A stretch of 36,476 nucleotides of DNA, from positions 1 through 36,476 of the forward strand of contig CAZMBU010000001.1 of assembly GCA_964564565.1 (NCBI GenBank), read 5' to 3'. Of the stretch, positions 20,115-28,785 are shown in pieces. A program made the position numbers and the translations under genes. Numbering within the stretch: position 1 is the stretch's first letter; each line of letters starts with the position of its first letter. The notes beneath the pieces are model-generated. The model did no database searches, had not been told where the DNA came from, and saw nothing but the letters and a program-made list of their open reading frames with translations. Origin of the DNA: an uncultured Dehalococcoidia bacterium (lineage in GTDB: Bacteria; Chloroflexota; Dehalococcoidia; Lucifugimonadales; GCA-002694895).

Positions 20115-20292
20115 TTAATTCTCCAAAATATTCATATTGGGCTCGCAGTTAAAGTGGGAAACAATTCCGCCTTGGGCAATGCCAAGCTTAAAAAAGCTAT
20201 TAATTATAAAAGGAACAAGGAAAAGCATATGAATTGAGTATAATGCTCTGATAATATTATTTCAAGTTATAGATTATAAGAATAAACGAACA

Positions 20293-21177
20293 ATGAAATA
20301 TTTTAGAATAGAAAAAAACAACAAACCAAATTTAATTATAAATTATTCAGATAATTTTGGATTTAATATAACAGAATATTCCTCATACATTAATACAATA
20401 GAAATTTTATCGGTTGAAGCAAATGCTCAAAAGATATCAAGATCAGATTACATTTATCAATTTATAACAAATAACAAAATCAAAAAAATGTCCCTAGATC
20501 AAGTAATTGAAAAAAACAAATTACTTCTACCTTTTATACCTGATGAAGTATGGGCTGCAGGGGTTACTTATAAGAATTCTGAATTTGAAAGAAAAAGAGA
20601 AAGTTCAACTCCGGATATTTATGCAAAAGTATATAGCGCTAAAAGACCTGAAATATTTTTTAAAGCCACAGGAAACAGGCTTGTAGCTCCAAATCAAAAA
20701 ATAGGTATAAGATCTGATTCAAAATGGAATGTTCCAGAAGCTGAACTTGCCGTGATTTTAATAAATAGCGAAATATTTGGTTATTCAATAGGGAATGATA
20801 TGACAAGTAGAGAAATTGAAGGAGAAAATCCCTTATACCTTACTCAGGCAAAAATTTATGACAAAAGCTGTTCAATTGGACCATGCATTATAGATGCGGA
20901 ATCAATAAACAATTATGAAAAATTTAATATAAATTGCAAAATTATCCGAAATAAAAAAACTATCTTTAATGCATCCTCGTCAGTAAAATCAATGAATAAA
21001 TCTATTCCATATTTAATAAAATGGTTAAAACAATCAAACACTCTTCCTATAAAATCTGCATTTTTAACCGGCACAGGAATAGTTCCTCCTCCTGAATTTA
21101 CACTTTTAGAAAATGATCAAATTAGTATTTCAATTAACGAAATAGGAACTTTAAATAATTCAGTAATAAAAGTTTAG
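20293..21177 (+). CDS. Fumarylacetoacetate hydrolase (FAH) family protein
   Basis: 294 aa. The C-terminal FAH fold pattern (PEIFFKATGNRLVAPNQKIGIR...PEAELAVIL...GYSIGNDMTSREIE...K..D.SCSIGP) resembles 2-keto-3-deoxy-pentonate dehydratase or FAH-like enzymes. Substrate unknown. Confidence 0.75.
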   Translation: MKYFRIEKNNKPNLIINYSDNFGFNITEYSSYINTIEILSVEANAQKISRSDYIYQFITNNKIKKMSLDQVIEKNKLLLPFIPDEVWAAGVTYKNSEFERKRESSTPDIYAKVYSAKRPEIFFKATGNRLVAPNQKIGIRSDSKWNVPEAELAVILINSEIFGYSIGNDMTSREIEGENPLYLTQAKIYDKSCSIGPCIIDAESINNYEKFNINCKIIRNKKTIFNASSSVKSMNKSIPYLIKWLKQSNTLPIKSAFLTGTGIVPPPEFTLLENDQISISINEIGTLNNSVIKV

Positions 21178-21180
21178 TAC

Positions 21181-21936
21181 ATGAGATCTACCAAAATCAT
21201 TATTAGTTCTGGTTTAAATCAAAACATTGACAATTATATAAACGCACTAGAGCTTTTTAACGCCAAAATTATTATTGCTAATCCAGCTACAATCAAAGAA
21301 GTTCTTAAAAATAAATATGAAGGGCTTGTCCTAACTGGGGGAGGCGACATTTCTCCTGAACTTTATGAACATAGAATGGAAAACTCTGATAGTAAATTGT
21401 GTTTCGGGACATCTTTGAATCGCGATAATGCTGAATTCCAACTTATAAAAGATGCCCATGAAAAAAATATCCCTATTCTTGGCATTTGCAGAGGGATGCA
21501 ATTGTTAAATGTTTATTTTGATGGAACTCTAATTCAAAATGTAAATAAATTGCATTACGAAAACATGTATAAATTTAAAGAACAAATGAATAAATCAAAA
21601 GGTATTGGAAACTTCGATGCCAAAAAATATATGGATATTGAATCAGATTTTCATCGTATATTTATAACACTTGGAAGTCATCTTGCAACAATGCTAGGGT
21701 CTGGGGGTACATTAAAAGTAAACAGCAGGCATCATCAAGGCATAGGTCATAAACAACTTTCAAACATTTTTTTTGCTTCTGCATATACAATTGATGACGG
21801 TTTAATTGAAGCTTTTGAAAATAAAGACGGATCAATTATTGCAGTACAATTTCATCCTGAACGCCTAAACGAACATCCTAAGCAAATAGCAGGTTTATTC
21901 AAAGCTTTTGTTAAGCTTTGCAATAAAAGCATGTAG
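21181..21936 (+). CDS. Class I glutamine amidotransferase-like, peptidase C26 (gamma-glutamyl hydrolase / PuuD-like) family
   Basis: 251 aa. GLVLTGGGDISP, nucleophile GICRGMQLLNV, and VQFHPE His/Glu of the triad. It starts 3 nt after the FAH gene. Confidence 0.8.
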   Translation: MRSTKIIISSGLNQNIDNYINALELFNAKIIIANPATIKEVLKNKYEGLVLTGGGDISPELYEHRMENSDSKLCFGTSLNRDNAEFQLIKDAHEKNIPILGICRGMQLLNVYFDGTLIQNVNKLHYENMYKFKEQMNKSKGIGNFDAKKYMDIESDFHRIFITLGSHLATMLGSGGTLKVNSRHHQGIGHKQLSNIFFASAYTIDDGLIEAFENKDGSIIAVQFHPERLNEHPKQIAGLFKAFVKLCNKSM

Positions 21937-21985
21937 ACTAATTCACGAATTTATGTTATGGTATACGCGTATATAATTTATACAC

Positions 21986-22012
21986 CTCCAAAATTGTTTG
22001 GAGATCTTTTTT
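21986..22012 (+). terminator. Intrinsic terminator-like hairpin plus T-tract between the amidotransferase gene and rho
   Basis: CTCCAAA (21986-21992), loop ATTG, TTTGGAG (21997-22003), giving a 7-bp stem followed by ATCTTTTTT. It ends 22 nt before the rho ATG. It is the only clear stem-plus-T-tract I saw in the window. Confidence 0.5.
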
Positions 22013-22033
22013 ACCCAAAATTAAATCACACTT

Positions 22034-23332
22034 ATGGAATATTCTGAAATTAAATCAAAAAGCAAAGAAGAACTGATAGAGATTGCAGAAAAATTAAACT
22101 TATTAAAAAATGGTAATTCACCAAAAAAATCTGAATTAATTAACTCAATCTACACAGCTTTTGCTGAAAAAAACGGCTCTAACACAACTTCGGGCATGCT
22201 ATCTATTTTAAACGATGGATATGGCTTTATACGAAACGACGGATTACACCCTTCTGCTTCGGATGTTTATGTATCTCAATCTCAAATTAGAAAATTCCAC
22301 TTAAGAACCGGGGACTATGTTGCGGGAAAAACACGACCTCCCAAAGATGGTGAAAGATATTTTGGTTTAATAAAAGTTGAATCTGTAAACAATATAGACC
22401 CTGAAGAAGCAAAAACCAGAACAAAATTTGAATCTTTAACCGCAATTTTTCCAACTGAACAGCTTAAACTTGAAACTACCCCTAAAGAACTTTCCAGTAG
22501 AATAATTGATCTAATAGCACCTGTTGGAAAAGGACAAAGAGGTTTAATTGTTGCACCTCCTAAAGCAGGTAAAACAACAGTTTTACAAAATATTGCAGCA
22601 GGTATTTCTGCAAATTCTCCTGAAATACAAATCCTTGTAGCTTTAATTGGAGAAAGACCAGAAGAAGTTACCGAAATGAGACGTGCTGTAAAAGGAGAAG
22701 TTTATAGCTCAACATTCGATGAACCAGTAGAGGATCACTGCAAAGTAGCAGAATTATGCCTCGAAAGAGCAAAAAGATTAGTAGAAAATGGTGAGGATGT
22801 AGTTATTTTATTAGATAGCTTGACTAGGTTAACCAGAGCATATAACTTAGCTGTCCCAAGTACAGGGAGAACGCTCTCAGGCGGAATTGACCCAAATGCA
22901 TTATATCCACCCAAAAAGTTTTTTGGCGCAGCTAGAAACACTGAAGAAGGGGGAAGTTTAACTATTTTGGCAGCGTGTTTAGTAGACACAGGAAGCCGAA
23001 TGGATGAAGTTATTTTTGAGGAATTCAAAGGCACCGGAAACATGGAACTTAATCTTGACAGAAGATTATCTGAAAGAAGAGTTTATCCCGCAGTTGATAT
23101 TCTTAAAAGCGGTACAAGAAGAGAAGAACTTCAATTAAATGCAAACATATTAGAAAAAGTGCATATGCTAAGAAGATTGATAAGCATTCAAACAACTGAC
23201 CCTTCTGGCAAAGATAGAGATACTTCAGATGCAACTGCTAATGTAATAAGGCGTATAGCCCAAAGTGCAAGTAATGATGATTTCATAAAAAACTTTGAAA
23301 AATATGCCCAATTAAATGTTAGTAAAAAATAA
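22034..23332 (+). CDS. rho: Transcription termination factor Rho
   Basis: 432 aa. N-terminal Rho_N helix bundle (ELIEIAEKLNL), cold-shock-like RNA-binding domain (GYGFIR...YVSQSQIRKFHLRTGD), Walker A APPKAGKT, LIGERPEEV, LLDSLTRLTRAYN, and R-loop/Q-loop regions. Confidence 0.95.
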   Translation: MEYSEIKSKSKEELIEIAEKLNLLKNGNSPKKSELINSIYTAFAEKNGSNTTSGMLSILNDGYGFIRNDGLHPSASDVYVSQSQIRKFHLRTGDYVAGKTRPPKDGERYFGLIKVESVNNIDPEEAKTRTKFESLTAIFPTEQLKLETTPKELSSRIIDLIAPVGKGQRGLIVAPPKAGKTTVLQNIAAGISANSPEIQILVALIGERPEEVTEMRRAVKGEVYSSTFDEPVEDHCKVAELCLERAKRLVENGEDVVILLDSLTRLTRAYNLAVPSTGRTLSGGIDPNALYPPKKFFGAARNTEEGGSLTILAACLVDTGSRMDEVIFEEFKGTGNMELNLDRRLSERRVYPAVDILKSGTRREELQLNANILEKVHMLRRLISIQTTDPSGKDRDTSDATANVIRRIAQSASNDDFIKNFEKYAQLNVSKK

Positions 23333-23352
23333 ACCTGATTGGTAATCTAGTT

Positions 23353-24255
23353 ATGTCTGAGTTATATATATTAGGAGGCGGTACACCAACACCAACGCCA
23401 GAAAGATTTGGTAGTTCTTATGTTGTTAAACTTGATAACCATAATTCTCAAATAATGTTTGATTGCGGCCCAGCCGCAACTGACAAACTTGTTAAAGCAG
23501 GTTTATGGCCTACAAATATTGACTATTTATTCTTTACACACCATCATTTTGATCATGACATTGATTACCCGTGTTTCTTGTTATGCAGATGGGATCAAAG
23601 CATTGGCACTGAAAACACATTAAATGTATACGGACCACAACCTACAAAAAAGCTGACAGAAGATCTTATTGGGGAAAATGGAGCTTTTGCCCATGATTGG
23701 AAAGCAAGAGTTAATGCACCAACTAGCCAACAAGTATATAAAAACCGTGGAGGAATTCTTCCAAGAAAACCCCCAACAATTAAAACTGATGCTTCATCAA
23801 AAGATAAAACCTGGATTAACCCAAAAGATATTATTGCCGGAGACGTTATTTCAGGGCCTTCATGGCAAGTTTCCACTGCAAATGCTGAACACGTACAACC
23901 GTATTTAGACAGTATTGCATATCGCCTTACAACAGAAAATAGTTCTATAGTGTTTACTGGTGATACGCAACCTTGTGATTCTGTAATAAATTTGTCACAA
24001 GATGCAGATATTATGGTTTGTATGTGTTGGGATGATCAAGAAACCATGGACAAAGATAAAGAATCTTCAGGTCAATGTAGCGCCGAAGGTGCAGCAGAAA
24101 TGGCTGAAAAAGCAGGGGTGAAAAAACTAATTCTTTCCCATATGGGCAAACATATTTCAACTCATGGTATTTTAGAAAAAGCATTAGGAAATGCTGCGAA
24201 AAAATACTCAGGGGAAATTATTTTTGCTGAAGAATTAATGAAAATATCATTTTAA
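23353..24255 (+). CDS. MBL-fold metallo-hydrolase
   Basis: 300 aa. ILGGGTPTP start, metal motif THHHFDHD, later GDT... and SHMG. Specific function not assignable. Confidence 0.75.
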   Translation: MSELYILGGGTPTPTPERFGSSYVVKLDNHNSQIMFDCGPAATDKLVKAGLWPTNIDYLFFTHHHFDHDIDYPCFLLCRWDQSIGTENTLNVYGPQPTKKLTEDLIGENGAFAHDWKARVNAPTSQQVYKNRGGILPRKPPTIKTDASSKDKTWINPKDIIAGDVISGPSWQVSTANAEHVQPYLDSIAYRLTTENSSIVFTGDTQPCDSVINLSQDADIMVCMCWDDQETMDKDKESSGQCSAEGAAEMAEKAGVKKLILSHMGKHISTHGILEKALGNAAKKYSGEIIFAEELMKISF

Positions 24256-24279
24256 TATTCAATTTTAAAAACCAAATTA

Positions 24280-24308
24280 TTGACTGCTAATTATAACTGT
24301 GCTAATTT
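24280..24308 (+). promoter_or_regulatory. Putative promoter of the riboswitch-controlled operon (TTGACT-N17-TAATTT with an extended TGn)
   Basis: TTGACT at 24280-24285, TGC at 24300-24302 and TAATTT at 24303-24308. This puts the transcription start just upstream of the riboswitch. Confidence 0.45.
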
Positions 24309-24315
24309 CTAATAA

Positions 24316-24470
24316 GCCCTAGGTCTCAAAAGCATATGAGTAATTATGGAAGTTCGGTTTGATCCCGACGCTGTCCCGCAACGGTAAACTTTTTAGCCCG
24401 GTCCAAGTCCTAGAATGAAATTGATCTTCGAGGAAAGATGCAAGTTGTGACAAAATCCTTCTTTTCCAAA
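24316..24470 (+). promoter_or_regulatory. Cobalamin (B12) riboswitch; boundaries approximate
   Basis: The core GGAAGTTCGGTTTGATCCCGACGCTGTCCCGCAACGGTAAA (about 24347-24388) matches the conserved GGAA..GGT..A..CC..GC.GTCCCGC(C/A)AC.GTAA cobalamin-riboswitch core. An AGCCCGG..CC B12-box-like segment follows. CTAGG (5') and CCTAG (3') can close an outer stem. ATCCTTCTT (24455-24463) can pair with the SD AAGGAGGAT (24483-24491). The genes downstream are BtuF/C/D-like. Confidence 0.75.
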
Positions 24471-24493
24471 AAGTTCATAAATAAGGAGGATTA

Positions 24494-25600
24494 ATGTTTA
24501 AAATTATTATCAAAATATTTGTAATACAAATATTTTTTCTATTATTAATTTCATGTTATTCAGGCACTACACACAATACAAAAAATAAGCCTATTCAACT
24601 AAATCCAATTCCTCCCGCTGACAACATATATAAAACAAAGCCCGCTTTAACTCCAAGCAAACCTTCGGCTAACAAAGAAATAAAAGAATTAAATTTCATT
24701 ACCCCAAAACAGCCTGTTATGGTAACAAAAAGTATAAAGAAAAAAACAACAAATAATAATAAAATATCGCCAGAAACAACATATCCATTAATTATCACTG
24801 GAACTAATAAAAAAAATATCACATTTGAAAAATCGCCAGATAAAATAATTGCTTTTGATTCAGCTGCTGTTGAAATAATATATGCGCTCGGAGGAGAAAA
24901 TAAAATTATTGGCACACATTCATTCGTTAATTATCCAGAAAATACTGAAAATATTACAAAAGTTGGGGATGCCTTTAATCTAAATATCGAATCAGTAATT
25001 AATTTAGAACCCGATCTTTTTTATATTTTTTTTGAACAATATATTAAACAATTAGAAAATAATAAAATCAAAGTTTTATATCAACAATCATTAAATGATA
25101 ATTTTGAATCCATCCCAGCACGAATTCTTATGTGGGGAAAAATATTAAACAAAAACCAAGAAGCTTTAAATACAGCAAATTTGTTTGAAAAAAGATTAAA
25201 CAATATTAAAATCTTTTTCAAAAATTATTCTAATGGACCTACTGTATTTTATGATACCGGATCATTGTGGACTCCTGGAAATAATACACTTGTAGGGCAA
25301 ACACTTAATTTATTAAAATTACAGAACATAGCAAAAGACATATCAGGATATAAGCAATACTCTAAAGAATTAATAATTCAAAATGACCCTCAAATAATTA
25401 TCACACCTTCTCCTGAATATTTTCTTAATTCTTCTGAATTTAAAAATTTAACAGCTGTAAAAAACAAAAGAATAATAACAACAAATCAAGAATTATTATC
25501 TGTTGCGGGGCCAAGGTTTATTGACGGAATAGAAGAATTAGGATTATCAATATATTCTCCCATTTTCAATAAGATATTATTATCAAACATAGATAAATAA
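24494..25600 (+). CDS. ABC importer substrate-binding lipoprotein, cluster A/class III (BtuF/FecB-like), probable cobalamin-binding
   Basis: 368 aa. Signal peptide with lipobox LLISC, an ~80-aa Pro/Lys/Thr-rich linker, then a periplasmic-binding-protein fold (KIIAFDSAAVEIIYALGG..IIGT...EPDLF). Sits behind a B12 riboswitch. Confidence 0.85.
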   Translation: MFKIIIKIFVIQIFFLLLISCYSGTTHNTKNKPIQLNPIPPADNIYKTKPALTPSKPSANKEIKELNFITPKQPVMVTKSIKKKTTNNNKISPETTYPLIITGTNKKNITFEKSPDKIIAFDSAAVEIIYALGGENKIIGTHSFVNYPENTENITKVGDAFNLNIESVINLEPDLFYIFFEQYIKQLENNKIKVLYQQSLNDNFESIPARILMWGKILNKNQEALNTANLFEKRLNNIKIFFKNYSNGPTVFYDTGSLWTPGNNTLVGQTLNLLKLQNIAKDISGYKQYSKELIIQNDPQIIITPSPEYFLNSSEFKNLTAVKNKRIITTNQELLSVAGPRFIDGIEELGLSIYSPIFNKILLSNIDK

Positions 25601-25601
25601 A

Positions 25602-26669
25602 ATGGGTAAAAAAATAAATATTAAAGAAATTATTTATGTTAAAACCACAAAAAATTTTATAAGTATTATATTTTTAGCTTTAATATTAATTATTATTTTT
25701 GTGCTTTCTATTTTTCTTGGGCCGTCTAAAATAAATCCAATTGAAATAGTAAAAATAATAATTTCTTATATATTTGCAGATAAAACTAATTTCATTTTAT
25801 CAACTGCTGCTTATACAATTATTATTAAACTCAGAATTCCTCGGTCATTATTAGCTATCATAACTGGAATAATTTTATCCAGCTCAGGAAGTACTTATCA
25901 AGCAATTTTTAAAAATCCTTTAGCTGATCCATACCTTCTTGGTGTAGGTACAGGTGCTGGACTAGGGGCAGTAATTGGTTTAACAATTTACCCTTCAAAT
26001 TTGCCATTTGCAAATTTCGGAGCTGCTTTATTTGCTTTTGGCGGAGGGTTGTTAGCTGTATTTCTAACCTATAATCTGTCTAATTATTCAAGAAATTTAA
26101 ATCCCCTTTCATTAATATTAGCAGGCGTAGCTATAACATCTATTATGGGAGCATTCACTACATTAATACTAATTACACAAAACCCTGAAATTAAACCTAT
26201 ATTAAGCTGGTTGTTAGGAGGTTTTTCACTTGCGTCTTGGGAACATTTTAATATTGTTTTTTTTGCAGGATTTCCTTGTGTAATTTTGTTACTTGTACAA
26301 CACAATAAAATTAATATATTAAATTTAGATTCAAAACAAGTAAAATCTTTAGGAATAAACGAAAAGAGAACTATTACTCTACTAATTTTAGCATCTACTT
26401 TATCTTCTTCGATAGCTGTGTCACAAACAGGAATTATAGGATTTGTTGGATTGGTAGCTCCCCATATTTCAAGAATGGCTTGGGGTACAAATCCAAAATA
26501 TTTAATTCCCCAAGCTTCTTTAATTGGGGCAACAATTTTATTATCTTCAGACATAATAGCAAAAACAATATTATCTCCAACTGAAATCCCCGTAGGATTA
26601 ATTACAGCATTTTTAGGCTTTCCCTTTTTCGTACATTTATTAAGAAAAGAAGGCAATATAAATGGGTAA
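25602..26669 (+). CDS. FecCD-family ABC importer permease (BtuC-like)
   Basis: 355 aa with about 9-10 hydrophobic helices. LRIPRSLLAIITG, ADPYLLGVGTGAGLGA, and GIIGFVGLVAPHISR, the FecCD signature region. Confidence 0.9.
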   Translation: MGKKINIKEIIYVKTTKNFISIIFLALILIIIFVLSIFLGPSKINPIEIVKIIISYIFADKTNFILSTAAYTIIIKLRIPRSLLAIITGIILSSSGSTYQAIFKNPLADPYLLGVGTGAGLGAVIGLTIYPSNLPFANFGAALFAFGGGLLAVFLTYNLSNYSRNLNPLSLILAGVAITSIMGAFTTLILITQNPEIKPILSWLLGGFSLASWEHFNIVFFAGFPCVILLLVQHNKINILNLDSKQVKSLGINEKRTITLLILASTLSSSIAVSQTGIIGFVGLVAPHISRMAWGTNPKYLIPQASLIGATILLSSDIIAKTILSPTEIPVGLITAFLGFPFFVHLLRKEGNING

Positions 26670-27435
26670 CAAATCATATATTTCCCTCGATAAAATCTCA
26701 TTAAAGTTTAATAACTCTTCTTTTAAACTTTTCGCAAACTTAGATATTATAGAAAATGAGAAAATTTTATTAATAGGGCCAAACGGGAGTGGCAAATCAA
26801 CGTTAATTGAAATAATTTCAGGGCACATAATTCCAAACGAAGGGAAAATACTTTTCCCAAACATTAACAAAGCGAATAATCGAAAAAAAACAATGTCTGA
26901 ATTTATATCTTATATGCCCCAATCACCTTATTTGCCATTACATTTTGATGTTTTTGATTTCGTAATAACGGGTCGCTTCTCCAATCGAAACAATAAAAGA
27001 AATTTTTCTAAAAATGATTTTAAACTAACATTAAAAATTCTTAAAAAAATACATTTGTTTAATAAATGGAATTCTAAATTAGCTCATCTTTCTGGAGGAG
27101 AAAAACAATTAACCTTACTTGCACATAATTTAATACAAGGCAAACCTATTCAATTATTTGATGAACCTACAGCAAATTTAGATCCGTTTAATCAATCTGA
27201 AGTAATAAATTTAATCCTAAATTCACCTTTAACCAAATCTAAAACAATTATAGTTTCAACGCATGATATAAATTTTGCCTGGAAATTTAATCGAGTTATT
27301 ATGATAAAAAATGGTGTAATATTTAAAGATGGAACTCCTAATAAAATAATAAACAGTAACAACCTGTCTTCTTTATATGAGAAAGATATTAAAGTGAAAA
27401 CAATTAATAATAAACATTTTGTATTAACAGATTAA
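26662..27435 (+). CDS. ABC importer ATP-binding protein (BtuD/FepC-like)
   Basis: 257 aa. Walker A GPNGSGKST, signature LSGGEKQ, Walker B IQLFDEPTANLD, H-loop STHD. Overlaps the permease gene by 8 nt. Confidence 0.9.
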   Translation: MGNKSYISLDKISLKFNNSSFKLFANLDIIENEKILLIGPNGSGKSTLIEIISGHIIPNEGKILFPNINKANNRKKTMSEFISYMPQSPYLPLHFDVFDFVITGRFSNRNNKRNFSKNDFKLTLKILKKIHLFNKWNSKLAHLSGGEKQLTLLAHNLIQGKPIQLFDEPTANLDPFNQSEVINLILNSPLTKSKTIIVSTHDINFAWKFNRVIMIKNGVIFKDGTPNKIINSNNLSSLYEKDIKVKTINNKHFVLTD

Positions 27436-27440
27436 TCGCA

Positions 27441-28763
27441 ATGAATTCAAAATATCATTCAACTTTACAAAAACTACTCCTGGAATCTCCGTCAAACAGG
27501 GATTTATATTTAACGAAAAGAAAAGTTAGAATTGAAAATATAATTCAAAATTTAAATCTAGACAAGAAACAAATACCTACAATTCATATTGTTGGCACAA
27601 AAGGAAAAGGAAGTACGGCCGCTATTATTTCCAGCATATTAAATGAATCAAATTATAATACTGGTTTATTTACATCCCCCCATCTAATCACAGTAACAGA
27701 AAGAATTAGAATTAATCTTAAACCAATTACAAAAAAAGATTTCTGTATTTCGTTTGGCAAAATTTGGAAAGAAATAAAATCAAAACAAATAAAACTGTTT
27801 GGCGGAACAAGTTTTTTTGAAGCAATTATGATTCTTGCTCTTTGGCACTTTAAAAATAAAAAAACAAATATACAAATAATAGAAGCAGGAATCGGCGGAG
27901 AAAATGATTCAACAAATTACATAAATTCAATGTTAACTATAATAACAAATATAAGCCTTGATCATCAAAAAATACTAGGAGGAACTATTGAAGAAATATC
28001 AAAAAACAAATCAGGGGCGATTAAAGAAAACACCCCGGTAGCATTAGCCCCTCAAACAAAAACTGCGCTTAATATAATTCAAAACAAAGCAAAACAAACA
28101 AATTCTTCTTTAAATTATGTTCCTCATTTAATTAAAATTACTTCACGAAAAACAACATCAAGTTATCAATCTTTTACTGCAAGAACAAAAACTAATAAAT
28201 ACAAAATAAAAACCTCTCTTTTGGGAAAGCATCAAATCGAAAACATTTCTTTATCAATATTAGCTGCAGAAATACTTAATAATAAAAATTACACAATTTC
28301 TAAAAAAAATATTGAGAATGGAATAGCAAAAGCAACCTGGGATGGAAGACTACAAATAATAAAAAAACATAAAAACAAATATTTTATAGATGGAGCACAC
28401 AATCTGCATTCCACAAATCAATTAATACAATCATTAAAAGAAATACAAAAAAATAATTTTATTTTAATTTACGGGGCGTCGTCGGGGCACTTATACAAAG
28501 AAAGTATTAAAGCATTGGCGGCAATATCTAGCAAAATATTTTTTGTCAAATCCCGCCATCCCAAAGCCATCCCAACATCAAATTTCACAAATAATATCGA
28601 GACTACAAAAACTTCTTTTTATCAATATCCTGATGTCAAATCTGCATTAAAACAGCTAGATAATCAAAATGAGAACATTCTTATCACAGGATCTTTAGCT
28701 GTTGTTGGAGAAGCCTTAGAATATTTAAACAATATAACCCCAGAATTATATCCTTATCTATAA
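27441..28763 (+). CDS. folC: Folylpolyglutamate synthase / dihydrofolate synthase (Mur ligase family)
   Basis: 440 aa. IHIVGTKGKGST P-loop, FTSPHL, EAGIGGENDSTN, ITNISLDH, and a C-terminal Mur-ligase domain (DGAHN). It starts 5 nt after the ABC ATPase stop. Confidence 0.85.
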   Translation: MNSKYHSTLQKLLLESPSNRDLYLTKRKVRIENIIQNLNLDKKQIPTIHIVGTKGKGSTAAIISSILNESNYNTGLFTSPHLITVTERIRINLKPITKKDFCISFGKIWKEIKSKQIKLFGGTSFFEAIMILALWHFKNKKTNIQIIEAGIGGENDSTNYINSMLTIITNISLDHQKILGGTIEEISKNKSGAIKENTPVALAPQTKTALNIIQNKAKQTNSSLNYVPHLIKITSRKTTSSYQSFTARTKTNKYKIKTSLLGKHQIENISLSILAAEILNNKNYTISKKNIENGIAKATWDGRLQIIKKHKNKYFIDGAHNLHSTNQLIQSLKEIQKNNFILIYGASSGHLYKESIKALAAISSKIFFVKSRHPKAIPTSNFTNNIETTKTSFYQYPDVKSALKQLDNQNENILITGSLAVVGEALEYLNNITPELYPYL

Positions 28764-28785
28764 CTAAACAATATAATTAAAAACT

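Noticed and set aside
26084-26701. A 205-aa ORF on the minus strand, the longest unexplained ORF in the track.
   Set aside because: It lies entirely antisense to the FecCD permease and ATPase genes, which have clear family motifs. In this antisense frame a stop needs a sense codon ending in T or C followed by a TA- or CA-initial codon (Tyr/His/Gln). Those are scarce in a hydrophobic membrane protein, so a long antisense ORF is an expected artefact. The translation shows no recognisable motif.
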